From Clostridium sp. CAG:628 (GTDB taxonomy: Bacteria > Bacillota_I > Bacilli_A > RF39 > UBA660), in NCBI GenBank assembly GCA_000438415.1, contig FR902241.1, positions 2,330 to 66,329 of the forward strand: DNA of 64,000 bases. Reading direction: 5' to 3'. How positions within the stretch are numbered: position 1 is the first letter of the stretch; each line of letters begins with the position of its first letter. Below, one piece after another: positions 9,210-18,231 of this stretch. The position numbers and the translations under genes are program-made. A model generated the notes under the pieces. It was not told the DNA's origin. It saw only the letters and a list, made by a program, of their open reading frames with translations, and made no database searches.

Positions 9210-10667
9210 ATGGCTACAGAGTTTGGAATTATCTTAAATACTAAAAAAGAACAAAATTTTATTAAAATAAATGTAGAAAACATATTTTTTGCTGAAAATA
9301 AGGTTATTAAAACAGGTGAATATAAAAATTTTGAATATACTAAATTACCTAAAAGGTACGTATACTATGAAAATTATAATATACCTTGTTATATATACAA
9401 AGATGGAAATAAAATAATAATTAATAAGAAATTTGATTACAATTTAGGAATAGATGCCAACATAGATGTTCTAGCTAAAACGTGTATTGTATTTCTTAAA
9501 TGTTATTTGGTTCTTGATAACGAATATAATTATTCATTATCACTTTCTAAAACCATAACTTTATCAAATGATGAAGAACACCAGGCATATGAATATTATG
9601 AAGACTGGATATTATCACAATTTAAGGAATATGAATTATTAAATAATAAAGAATTAATTAATGAAGAAATTAAAAATGAACAAATAAGTAAAAATATAGA
9701 TGTTTTAAATATAATTAATAGTTTAAAAGAAAAGATTAAAGGTCAAAACGAAGCAATATATACTCTTGTACCAAATATTGTTTTAAATCAAAAACTAGTT
9801 ACAACTAATAACATAGATTTAATAAAAACAAGTAAAAATAATATATTAATTGATGGTAGTACGGGTACAGGAAAAACCCTTTTAACAACTGAAATAGGAA
9901 AACTACTTAACGTTCCATATATAGTAAGAAGTTCAACTAACTATAGTGGTGTCGGTTATGTCGGTGAAGATTTAAAGTCTCTTTTAGTAGACTTACTAAG
10001 AATTACGAACGGAGATCTTGAAAAAGCAAAAAGAGGAATTATATGTTTAGATGAAATAGACAAACTTGCAGATACAACTTTAGAAATAAGAAAAGGTATT
10101 AGTCAAGAACTTCTAACATGGATAACAGGCACTAATATTAAATTAGTATATAATAAAAAAGAATACAATTTTGATACTAGCTTGCTTACATTTATATTTA
10201 TGGGTGCTTTTTCTAAAATGAGAACAAAAAAGAAAAATAATTCTATTGGCTTTAAAAGTGATATACCAAAAGAAGAATACTTAACAAAAGACTATGTAAG
10301 TTTTGGAATGAATCCAGAGTTCATGGGAAGAATGAGTACTATTGTAACACTAAGAGACTTAGAATTAAAAGATTATAGTGATATATTAGTTAATTCCTCA
10401 ATTAGTCCATTAAAAGCACTTATAGACATAGGAAATTTATATAATGTAGAAATAACTTACACTGAAGAATTTATTGACTTAGTAACAAATAATGCACTAA
10501 ATAATGCTATTGGAGCAAGAGGTCTTCAAAGAGAAATTAATAAAGTAAGAAGCAAAATACTAATACCTATAATGACTAATCAAGTTAAAAGTATTACTTT
10601 AACAAGTGAGATGTTAAACGATAATTATATATTTGAAAAAGAAAAGACTTTAGAACTAAATCTATAA
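9210..10667 (+). CDS. ClpX-like AAA+ unfoldase with a non-canonical N-terminal domain (no C4 zinc-binding domain)
   Basis: Walker A GSTGTGKTLL, pore-1 loop GYVG, Walker B IICLDEIDK, an IGF-like loop (NNSIGFKSD), and sensor/arginine finger regions (PEFMGRMS, ARGLQREI). The sequence aligns along the whole ClpX ATPase module. The N-terminal ~190 aa show no resemblance to the ClpX zinc-binding domain. Confidence 0.65.
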   Translation: MATEFGIILNTKKEQNFIKINVENIFFAENKVIKTGEYKNFEYTKLPKRYVYYENYNIPCYIYKDGNKIIINKKFDYNLGIDANIDVLAKTCIVFLKCYLVLDNEYNYSLSLSKTITLSNDEEHQAYEYYEDWILSQFKEYELLNNKELINEEIKNEQISKNIDVLNIINSLKEKIKGQNEAIYTLVPNIVLNQKLVTTNNIDLIKTSKNNILIDGSTGTGKTLLTTEIGKLLNVPYIVRSSTNYSGVGYVGEDLKSLLVDLLRITNGDLEKAKRGIICLDEIDKLADTTLEIRKGISQELLTWITGTNIKLVYNKKEYNFDTSLLTFIFMGAFSKMRTKKKNNSIGFKSDIPKEEYLTKDYVSFGMNPEFMGRMSTIVTLRDLELKDYSDILVNSSISPLKALIDIGNLYNVEITYTEEFIDLVTNNALNNAIGARGLQREINKVRSKILIPIMTNQVKSITLTSEMLNDNYIFEKEKTLELNL

Positions 10668-10674
10668 GTCTTTT

Positions 10675-11370
10675 TTATTTATAAAGTAACTCTTTTAATT
10701 TTTTATCTCTATTTTTAACATAAAACTCTCTATCAGTTAAAAGAACAATTATATCCATAAAAGGTAAAAGTTCTTTCTTATTAAGTTTTTGATACTTTAT
10801 TTGCTTAATACTCTTTTTCTTATAATCACACAAAGTTAAAACATCTAAACAAATCATAATACCTACTAAAATATAATTTATTCCTAAGTTATTATGTATA
10901 ATAAAATTTGCAAACTTATTTGGTAAATAATTTATATAAATATCACTTCCTAAAAGTAAATACATAACTATTATAGAAATATCTTGCAAAATTGTTTTTG
11001 CTCTTCCTAAACTACTAGTTTTAATATTCTTGTTATCTTTAAAACTAAGTGTATTAATTACAAATATTGTAAATTCTAAAAATAATACTATTAGAATGAC
11101 TGGATAATAATATGTGAGAAGTCCAAGTAAAACAAAAGCAAAAAGTTTATCACTCACAGCATCCATTAATCCACCCAAAAACGTTTCAACTTTTAATTTT
11201 CTAGAAAGGAATCCATCTAACATATCAGTTAAAAATAATATTAGTATTAATAAGCCAAGAGATTTAACTCCATACTTAAAATAGATTATAGGTATTAATA
11301 TAGAACCTATAAATCTACTAAAAGTTATCAAATTAACAAGCACTAGTTTTAAATAATATATCTTTTTCAT
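10675..11370 (-). CDS. CDP-alcohol phosphatidyltransferase family protein (PgsA-like)
   Basis: Multi-TM protein with DG..SR....G...D...D (LTDMLDGFLSRKLKVETFLGGLMDAVSDK). Confidence 0.6.
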   Translation of the reverse strand: MKKIYYLKLVLVNLITFSRFIGSILIPIIYFKYGVKSLGLLILILFLTDMLDGFLSRKLKVETFLGGLMDAVSDKLFAFVLLGLLTYYYPVILIVLFLEFTIFVINTLSFKDNKNIKTSSLGRAKTILQDISIIVMYLLLGSDIYINYLPNKFANFIIHNNLGINYILVGIMICLDVLTLCDYKKKSIKQIKYQKLNKKELLPFMDIIVLLTDREFYVKNRDKKLKELLYK

Positions 11371-11407
11371 AACTAAATTATAACAAATATTTACTTTTAT
11401 GTAAACA

Positions 11408-12559
11408 CTATCTAAAACTATAATACTTTGTTTTATTTTCTAAAGTATACCCTTTACTACTTGCTAGTTCACTAACAGTTGTAACGGTATATCCCATTTC
11501 TTTTAATTCAGGTAAGACTTTCTTTAAAGCCTCCAAACTCGTTATATACACATCATGCATTAAAACAATACTACCATCTTTAATATTATTAATAATATTT
11601 TTATAGACTATTTCTTCATCTTTATACAGCCAGTCATACGAATCAATATCCCACATAATAATAGGATAATTTATTCTATCTAGTATATTCTTTTCTAAGT
11701 TACCATATGGTGGTCTAAATAATTTAATAGATTCTTTAGTTATTTCATTAAAAATAATACTTGTACTATTAACTTCACTATCAATTTCCTTATCACCTAA
11801 AATATTTAAATTCTTATGACTATATGAGTGAGAAGCCACCTCCATTCCATTATTTAACAAATACTCCACTACACCTTGATTATATTTTATTCTATTTCCT
11901 AGTTCAAAAAAAGTAGCTTTAAACCCATACTCATTTAAAGTATTTACAAAGTCTTTTGTATATATGCTTGGTCCATCATCAAAAGTAAAAGCAACCATTT
12001 TTTTATTAATAAGTTCACTATTTGTTTCTATAGTATCATTTAATACTATATATACTTCATACTTAGTATTAACACATCCAAAATAAATAAAAATATTATC
12101 TTCACAAATTTTTAAATATGTACTATTAAACTTATCATTTAGTATACTTTCATAAATAGTATTACTATATTTATTCCTAATTTTATTAAGTATTAAATCA
12201 TTTAACAAATCATAATTAATTATCTCATTATTATTAATTAACTCTCTTTTTCTAATATTATAGTTAATACTCTTATAATAATAATTTTTATTTTTCTTAA
12301 GACAAATAAACACATTAACCAAATCATTAATCTGATAAACACTATATTGAATAGAATATTCCCCTTTAAAATTATTTAAAAAATTTTTTATTTCTTTATT
12401 AATTACTTTATTATTAAAATATGGATATTCTATTTTATTGTAACTTTTAATTTCATAACTAATACTTTCTATTTCTTCTTGAAACATAAATCTTTTAATT
12501 ATAATTATTATTAAAAATAATGTAATAATACCAATTATATAACACATAATTTTCTTCAT
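11408..12559 (-). CDS. polysaccharide deacetylase (NodB-homology domain) with N-terminal TM anchor
   Basis: NodB motifs FTFDDGP and HSYSH. Single N-terminal TM helix. Confidence 0.7.
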   Translation of the reverse strand: MKKIMCYIIGIITLFLIIIIIKRFMFQEEIESISYEIKSYNKIEYPYFNNKVINKEIKNFLNNFKGEYSIQYSVYQINDLVNVFICLKKNKNYYYKSINYNIRKRELINNNEIINYDLLNDLILNKIRNKYSNTIYESILNDKFNSTYLKICEDNIFIYFGCVNTKYEVYIVLNDTIETNSELINKKMVAFTFDDGPSIYTKDFVNTLNEYGFKATFFELGNRIKYNQGVVEYLLNNGMEVASHSYSHKNLNILGDKEIDSEVNSTSIIFNEITKESIKLFRPPYGNLEKNILDRINYPIIMWDIDSYDWLYKDEEIVYKNIINNIKDGSIVLMHDVYITSLEALKKVLPELKEMGYTVTTVSELASSKGYTLENKTKYYSFR

Positions 12560-12580
12560 ACCAAATTATATGAAAAAAAG

Positions 12581-13000
12581 TTACTTCTTAGTAACCTTCT
12601 TCTTTGTAGTTTTATCAGTTTTTAATAAATCTCTTATTTCACTTAATAATATAACTTCTTCACTAGGTGTTTTAATTTTTTCTTTATTTTCATTCTTTTC
12701 TTGTTTCTTCTTAAATCTATTAATTATCTTAATAACTGTAAACAAACAAAATGCTACAATCAAGAAATCTACTACATTCTGTAAGAAACTTCCATACATA
12801 ATTTTAGCATTACCCACTTTAATACTTAGATTAGTAAAGTCATGTCCCCCAATTATTATACCTATTAAAGGCATCATTACATCATTTACTAAACTAGATA
12901 CTATTTTAGAAAATGCTCCACCTATAATAACACCAACTGCCATATCAAGTACATTACCTTTACTAATAAACTCTTTAAACTCACTAATAAACTTCTTCAT
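12581..13000 (-). CDS. mscL: large-conductance mechanosensitive channel MscL
   Basis: 139 aa. Starts [30 protein letters not shown].., with two TM helices and a charged C-terminal tail. Confidence 0.85.
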   Translation of the reverse strand: MKKFISEFKEFISKGNVLDMAVGVIIGGAFSKIVSSLVNDVMMPLIGIIIGGHDFTNLSIKVGNAKIMYGSFLQNVVDFLIVAFCLFTVIKIINRFKKKQEKNENKEKIKTPSEEVILLSEIRDLLKTDKTTKKKVTKK

Positions 13001-13098
13001 TACTCACATGTAAATCCAGTTTTTGGACCCTCCTTTTTTTACTCTCCTCATTTTCTAATAACATTGTATCAAAAATAATTAATCAGGTAAAGTGTTTT

Positions 13099-13896
13099 CT
13101 AAAAAATATGACTATTAAAACATTTTTTATTTCTAGCAATATATTTGTCATAATCAAACTCGAATTTCTTATCAAATAATTCCGAAATATAATATCTAGA
13201 TATTTTAAAAACCATATTCTTGTTCTGTTGTCTACCAATTCTTTCTCCACTTCTTGCCACTCTTCCACATAGATTAATAGATATTTTCCCGTCTTCAAGT
13301 AAACACAAGAATTTTTCAAAAGATTTAATTCTATAAATTGAAATTTTATAATACCTAAAAAACAGATTTCCATATTCTTTCTTTTTACTAGCACAAACAA
13401 AACACAAATTTGTAAGTTTTGCTAAAATTCTTTTTTTTAATGAATAAAAATTAACATATGATATCTTTTCAATTATGTTTTTATTCTTGTCATATATAAG
13501 TAAATATATTTTTTTATCTTTTCTATTTACATCAAATTGAAAATAGTTTTCATAAATTAAAGTCATCTTATTTGCATATACATTTCCTTGTAATAAATAT
13601 TTACTTTTAAACTCACTATCAGGTTTTCCATAAGTCAAAAGCAATCTTCTCATTTCAAAATCTGTGGGTCCATCAAATGATTTTGCAAATAAAGAGATTG
13701 GAAATCTGCTAAATCTAGTTTTGCATTTAATTTCTATATTTTTATAGTCTGGCAAAAATGAACTATCAGGACTCTTTCCTAGTTCATCTTCAAAAGTGAG
13801 ACCAACAGAATTATCACTATTATTTATACCCTTTATATATCCTTTTTCCGCTATTTTTAAAAATTTAGTAATTAATTTCTTTTCTATTTTTTCCAT
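13099..13896 (-). CDS. MvaI/BcnI-family type II restriction endonuclease-like protein (solitary)
   Basis: 265 aa. N-terminal block GYIKGINNSDNSVGLTFEDELGKSPDSSFLPDYKNIEIKCKT matches the recalled MvaI/BcnI catalytic region (G..G..LE..LG...N....D.....E.K). C-terminal ...ISINLCGRVARSGERIGRQQNKNMVFKI.. resembles the MvaI recognition lobe. No methyltransferase lies within 5 kb. Confidence 0.55.
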   Translation of the reverse strand: MEKIEKKLITKFLKIAEKGYIKGINNSDNSVGLTFEDELGKSPDSSFLPDYKNIEIKCKTRFSRFPISLFAKSFDGPTDFEMRRLLLTYGKPDSEFKSKYLLQGNVYANKMTLIYENYFQFDVNRKDKKIYLLIYDKNKNIIEKISYVNFYSLKKRILAKLTNLCFVCASKKKEYGNLFFRYYKISIYRIKSFEKFLCLLEDGKISINLCGRVARSGERIGRQQNKNMVFKISRYYISELFDKKFEFDYDKYIARNKKCFNSHIF

Positions 13897-14158
13897 ATTT
13901 ATTCTATTATATGTTTTTTATGAATTGATAAAAATAGTAAGGATACTATATATAATATCATTTTTTAATTAATATTTCTAGTATTTTTTAACATTTATTT
14001 AACATTTATAATATAAAACTAAAAATTATTAAGTCTTACATTTTTTAATATTTTATTAGCTTTGCTTTGTTTACAGCAAATCTTCAGTTGGTTATTTAAT
14101 GTAAAGAATAAATACTTATTAAAACAAACTTTTTGTTAGCTTAAAAAGGGCGGCCACC

Positions 14159-14193
14159 AAAAAAAAGAACTCCAAAGAGTTCCGATTTTTTTC
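14159..14193. terminator. bidirectional Rho-independent terminator (A8-hairpin-T7) ending the tRNA transcript
   Basis: GAACTC-CAAA-GAGTTC stem flanked by an A-run on one side and a T-run on the other. Confidence 0.6.
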
Positions 14194-14194
14194 T

Positions 14195-14279
14195 TGGTGC
14201 GCGCGAAGGGACTTGAACCCCCATGGATTTCTCCGCTAGATCCTAAGTCTAGTGCGTCTGCCAATTTCGCCACGCGCGC
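14195..14279 (-). tRNA. tRNA-Leu (anticodon TAG), class II with long variable arm, encoded CCA
   Basis: Reverse complement gives GCGCGCG TG GCGAAATTGGCAGACGC A CTAGA-CTTAGGA-TCTAG variable arm GGGGGTTCAAGTCCCTT CGCGCGC A CCA. The 7-bp acceptor stem and anticodon loop CU-UAG-GA are clear. Confidence 0.85.
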
Positions 14280-14283
14280 GCAC

Positions 14284-14360
14284 TGGTGGACCCTGCAGGA
14301 CTCGAACCTGCGACCGCCCGGTTATGAGCCGGATGCTCTAACCAACTGAGCTAAGGGTCC
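14284..14360 (-). tRNA. tRNA with CAT anticodon (elongator Met or lysidine Ile2; sequence resembles Bacillus tRNA-Ile2 LAU)
   Basis: Reverse complement GGACCCTTAGCTCAGTTGGTTAGAGCATCCGGCTCATAACCGGGCGGTCGCAGGTTCGAGTCCTGCAGGGTCCACCA has a perfect cloverleaf with anticodon loop CU-CAU-AA. Confidence 0.85.
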
Positions 14361-14372
14361 AACGACTATTTA

Positions 14373-14401
14373 ATCATACAATAAATTTTTTAAAAATGCA
14401 A
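14373..14401 (-). promoter_or_regulatory. promoter TTGCAT-17-TATGAT driving the tRNA pair
   Basis: Minus-strand TTGCAT (plus 14396-14401) and TATGAT (plus 14373-14378), about 10 nt before the first tRNA. Confidence 0.5.
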
Positions 14402-14443
14402 GTACTTTTTAACAAAAAGTATAGAAAAATAAAAAAAGAGGAA

Positions 14444-14881
14444 TTATTTATCCTCTAATCTACTTAATAAATCAATTTTAAACATTTCTTTTTGAGCATT
14501 TGCTTTAGAAATCATAATACCCTTATAAGCAGTTAACTCAGATTTATGTCCATCCATTAAAATATCTTTTGGTTCAAGTCCAGTTAACATAACAACGTTT
14601 TGATCTTTATAAACAGTATAACTTAACTTAACTTTACCATACACTTTAACAAATAAATTATCTGTAGGTAATTGTAACTCATAATTTTCAGTTTGATCAT
14701 GTTTATTAATTCCAACTAATTCTCCTAAAAATTCACCTTTTCTTAAACTTGGATAAAAATCAAACATCAATTTCTTATAAGCCATCATGTTATATTTTTT
14801 TAAACTTCTTTCTAATTTTTTAAAATTATTTTCATCTAAATAATCTAATAAATATCTACCTTTCATTTTTTCTACCCCCAT
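14444..14881 (-). CDS. hypothetical protein (145 aa), family not recognised
   Basis: Clean ORF. Terminator hairpin GAGGATAAATAATTCCTC plus T-run at its 3' end. Confidence 0.4.
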   Translation of the reverse strand: MGVEKMKGRYLLDYLDENNFKKLERSLKKYNMMAYKKLMFDFYPSLRKGEFLGELVGINKHDQTENYELQLPTDNLFVKVYGKVKLSYTVYKDQNVVMLTGLEPKDILMDGHKSELTAYKGIMISKANAQKEMFKIDLLSRLEDK

Positions 14882-15021
14882 TTACTGATATAATTATACC
14901 AAATTAAATACATTTTGTCAACACTTTTGTATCATTTTAAATACAACTAGATATTAAACATTATATTATCTTAATCAAATGCAATTAAACCATATTTAGT
15001 ACATTTAATAAATATAAATGG

Positions 15022-15222
15022 TTAACCTCTGTTAACCACTATACCTTCCTCTATCTCATTATACTTTAGTCTTTCAGTATTTATAAGTCCATTAAGTTCA
15101 ATAATTCTCTTTTTAATACCTCTAATTTCTTCTGCACTTTTTGCTCTTTTCAAACTTTTATTTAAAAGTTGCTTTTCTCTAACATACTCATTTATTTTAC
15201 TATCAATATCTCTTAAATTCAT
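15022..15222 (-). CDS. small coiled-coil hypothetical protein (66 aa) downstream of dnaI
   Basis: ORF immediately after the dnaI stop. K/E-rich and predicted helical. Confidence 0.3.
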   Translation of the reverse strand: MNLRDIDSKINEYVREKQLLNKSLKRAKSAEEIRGIKKRIIELNGLINTERLKYNEIEEGIVVNRG

Positions 15223-15224
15223 AA

Positions 15225-16133
15225 CTAGCTCCTATTTCTTTTGCTTTCACCAATTAAACTTATAGGCACACAAAGTTCTTTTATTCTTTCAATTATTCTC
15301 CTAGCCTTTATTTTATCAATACCACTACTAGTTTCACTTAAATGTTGTTCAAGTTCATCTAACGAGAAATTAGAAGTAAAGAATGTAGTTTTCTTATTAT
15401 CCATTCTACTTTGAAGTAAACTACCAAGTACCTCATCTCTTGCCCAAGGTGTATTATTTTCAGCACCAATATCATCAATTAAAAGTACATCACACATCTC
15501 AAGTTCATTATACATTTGTTCAAAAGACTCATTTTTACTATTAAAAGAATCCTTAAGTCTCTTAAGTAAATTTGGATAATAAACACTCACACATTTATAA
15601 TTTTTTCTACTAAGTTCATTAAGCACAGCATTCATTATATAACTTTTACCACTTCCAAACGAACCATTCAAATATATACCTTTTTTATTTTTAGGATCAC
15701 TCATAAATTCCTTGACATATTTAAGAAGTGTAGTTCTAGCATTATCATCTATATAAATATCTTTCATTCTAGCTTCCTTTAACTTAGAAGAAGTTTCATA
15801 ATAAACAACATTACTTTTATATTTATCATGTTCTTTTTTATATTTACAAGGAGTATAAGAAAAAATAAGAGCATCACCCTTTTTTGAAGGAAAATTAACA
15901 TACCCACATACATCATTCAAACAAGTTTTCAAATTCTTACAATTTTTACAATTCTTAAGTTCTCTAACTGTACTTTCTAACTTAGTTGTATATTTAACAA
16001 TTTCTTCTTTTGGCATATCTAATCTATAAACTAAATTAGCAAATTCCTTATCTTCCATAGCAATATTAAAATTCTTCAAATTCAAACTCTTAACATCATT
16101 ACTAATTTTAAAAAGATTATTTATATTATTCAT
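15225..16133 (-). CDS. dnaI: primosomal helicase loader DnaI (IstB-like AAA+)
   Basis: N-terminal zinc-binding Cys cluster (CKNCKNLKTC...C), Walker A GSFGSGKSYIMNA and Walker B VLLIDDIGAE. Overlaps the upstream dnaB-type gene by 4 nt. Confidence 0.85.
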   Translation of the reverse strand: MNNINNLFKISNDVKSLNLKNFNIAMEDKEFANLVYRLDMPKEEIVKYTTKLESTVRELKNCKNCKNLKTCLNDVCGYVNFPSKKGDALIFSYTPCKYKKEHDKYKSNVVYYETSSKLKEARMKDIYIDDNARTTLLKYVKEFMSDPKNKKGIYLNGSFGSGKSYIMNAVLNELSRKNYKCVSVYYPNLLKRLKDSFNSKNESFEQMYNELEMCDVLLIDDIGAENNTPWARDEVLGSLLQSRMDNKKTTFFTSNFSLDELEQHLSETSSGIDKIKARRIIERIKELCVPISLIGESKRNRS

Positions 16134-17419
16134 ACATACTCCTTCAAAAAGTCTTCTAATTCCTCTTTAGTTTCACTACTAAGTTCTTCTTTTTCTAAAT
16201 TTTTATTAAACCAGTCAGGTGTAGTTTCTTCTTTCTTAGTCTTAACCGGTTTTATTTTCTTAAATTTCTTATGGCTTTTTTCTGCATATTCCATAGCCTC
16301 TTTAGCAGTTTCCAAATTAGCCCTTTTCCACTCACCAGCGACTACTTCTACATAGCTTTTAACTAGTCTATTATTTTGAGTTTTTAAAATATAATCAATA
16401 AGAACATTACATACTGCAGGATTAAACTTCAAATCCACAATAAGCATTTCAAGTATTTTCATATCTCTTTCAGTAGGTCTAACACCTTTATATTTACTCT
16501 TTAAAAAATCATAAGGCTTAGTCGTTTCAAACACTTTAATAATTCTCCCCTTTAAGGAATTATCTCCCACTGGACTTCTTAAATAATCAGGCTGACTTTT
16601 AAATATTAAACTAGGTAATCTTCCATCATGATTAAATTCATAATATTTTCTAACATTAGTTTTAAGTTCTTCCCTATCAATTAAACCTTTTTCATTTATT
16701 GAAATTTTAATAATATCCCCCATTTTAAGTGGATCAAGTTCATACAAAAAAGCTAAATTCGTAATAAGTTCTTTAATAGATTTAGTTAATGCTTTTTCAT
16801 TTAAAAAGTTTTTAGGTATCCCACTTAACAGAGCATCAAAATCAAACATCGTATCATATTCAAGATTTCTTTTAACTTTACAAGCTATCTCGTCATCATT
16901 AGTAAGCTCAAGATTTGTATAACTTCTACTTTTAAATGTCATATCAAAAGGACTAGTTATATCTTTATAGCCAGACAAGTTTAAAGAAGGAATTTTGAAA
17001 TAAGATTTAATTCTTAAATATTCTTCTTTTCCAACATTATTATATAAAACCATATTAAATATTGGATGATTAAAGAATTCACTTACACTTAAAGGACTAA
17101 ATAATTCATACACATATGAGTTAACACTGCCTTCTTTAACATAAGTTTTAACAAGTCCCACACCTTCTAACTTAATTCTAGCCTCTTTAATATTATCTAA
17201 TGTATCACCTAAATTAGTCATTAAATGATGATGAGTTAATTCTGTACTAACATAATTATTAGCCTTAAGTTCATTATAAAGTGTATTATAAAGTGTTATA
17301 CTAGTATTACCTATTATAGGCATATAAAGCATGTTTAAAACAAGTTTATCACTTTCATTTAATAAACTTTTATTAACAACTTGATATATATCTGCAGGTA
17401 ACAAAGTAACACTATTCAT
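16130..17419 (-). CDS. dnaB: replication initiation and membrane attachment protein (Bacillus-type DnaB, DnaD-like domains)
   Basis: About 430 aa with DnaD/DnaB-2 domain pattern. Immediately upstream of, and overlapping, dnaI as in the Firmicute dnaB-dnaI operon. Start placed at ATG 17419 (GGTGG RBS). Confidence 0.7.
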   Translation of the reverse strand: MNSVTLLPADIYQVVNKSLLNESDKLVLNMLYMPIIGNTSITLYNTLYNELKANNYVSTELTHHHLMTNLGDTLDNIKEARIKLEGVGLVKTYVKEGSVNSYVYELFSPLSVSEFFNHPIFNMVLYNNVGKEEYLRIKSYFKIPSLNLSGYKDITSPFDMTFKSRSYTNLELTNDDEIACKVKRNLEYDTMFDFDALLSGIPKNFLNEKALTKSIKELITNLAFLYELDPLKMGDIIKISINEKGLIDREELKTNVRKYYEFNHDGRLPSLIFKSQPDYLRSPVGDNSLKGRIIKVFETTKPYDFLKSKYKGVRPTERDMKILEMLIVDLKFNPAVCNVLIDYILKTQNNRLVKSYVEVVAGEWKRANLETAKEAMEYAEKSHKKFKKIKPVKTKKEETTPDWFNKNLEKEELSSETKEELEDFLKEYV

Positions 17420-17564
17420 AATAACCACCATATGTATATTTTATATTAAAGAAGTAAATAAAACAAGTGATTTTTAACTTATTTTTTAATTAATTATAAA
17501 GTGTATTTTTATAAATACAAAAGAGAAAAATTTAATTAATTTTAAATCTTTCTCTTAAAATCAG

Positions 17565-18035
17565 TTATTTATTTAATTCATTTAACATCTTTTCTTTTAA
17601 TGTATCTATATCAGCAAAGAATAAATTAACGCCTTCTTTTTTCATGGCTAACAAAGAATTAAAATCTTCAAGTATTTTATCTTTTAAATTGTCAGCAACT
17701 CTAACTGGAGCACCATTTATAGTATGTACGTGATCTATATATTTTTCCAATGTAGGAAATGCATTTTGAAGTAAAATTACCGACTTTTTACTTGCAATCC
17801 GACCTATTAAAATAGACTTACAACTTCCATACTTTTTAATTTTTTTATCAATTATAGGCTGATATTTTTGTACCTTGCTACTTAGTGGTATAAACCATAA
17901 AATGTCATTATCACGAATAGTAAAATATGTAGGTCTTGTTTTACCATTCTCATGATTTATAATTAGTCCTTTATCATTTACAACATCAAAAAACTCGTCT
18001 TTAATATGGTAAATGTAGCCTGTTTGTACTTGCAT
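17565..18035 (-). CDS. ToxN/AbiQ-like endoribonuclease toxin (candidate type III TA toxin)
   Basis: 156 aa. ...RPTYFTIRDNDILWFIPLSSKVQKY... corresponds to the ToxN/AbiQ ...RP..G.....YYAPLSSPK.. core. Perfect AGGAGG RBS. Preceded by a repeat array and a terminator on the same strand. Confidence 0.5.
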   Translation of the reverse strand: MQVQTGYIYHIKDEFFDVVNDKGLIINHENGKTRPTYFTIRDNDILWFIPLSSKVQKYQPIIDKKIKKYGSCKSILIGRIASKKSVILLQNAFPTLEKYIDHVHTINGAPVRVADNLKDKILEDFNSLLAMKKEGVNLFFADIDTLKEKMLNELNK

Positions 18036-18064
18036 ATTATCGCCTCCTAAAATTATTTTATCAT

Positions 18065-18100
18065 AATCAAAAAGAAAACTCCATCAAATATAGGAGTTTT
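18065..18100 (-). terminator. Rho-independent terminator between the repeat array and the toxin gene (attenuating terminator typical of toxIN loci)
   Basis: Minus-strand AAAACUCC-UAUAUUUGAU-GGAGUUUU followed by CUUUUUG. Confidence 0.55.
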
Positions 18101-18102
18101 CA

Positions 18103-18208
18103 AACATTTTCAACCGAGATCATTTATAACTCGCACCACTCGGAAGCGACTAACATTTCGCGATTGGACTCATTTATAACCCGCGCCATCCATAAGCGGC
18201 AAACATTT
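18103..18208 (-). ncRNA. candidate type III antitoxin RNA: two tandem 49-50-nt direct repeats (ToxI/AntiQ-like)
   Basis: Plus-strand aacattt occurs at 18103, 18152 and 18202, so the minus strand has AAAUGUU boundaries. Each unit contains UUAUAAAUGA and a hairpin whose stem differs by compensatory changes between units (CCGC/GCGG versus UCGC/GCGA). About 50% GC in a ~26% GC genome. Confidence 0.5.
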
Positions 18209-18231
18209 ACACACTTTCTCAGTGCACCATA

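Noticed and set aside
12570-13013. 147-aa plus-strand ORF
   Set aside because: It is antisense to the well-supported mscL gene, and its hydrophobic, low-complexity translation is typical of a shadow ORF in AT-rich DNA.
13083-13400. 105-aa minus-strand ORF overlapping the REase-like gene
   Set aside because: It lies in an alternative frame of the 13099-13896 gene and has no RBS or motif.
18100-18215. GC-rich block interpreted as a tRNA or CRISPR repeat
   Set aside because: No cloverleaf can be drawn. The units are ~50 nt and direct, without spacers of unique sequence, and the promoter-repeat-terminator-ORF context fits a type III antitoxin better.
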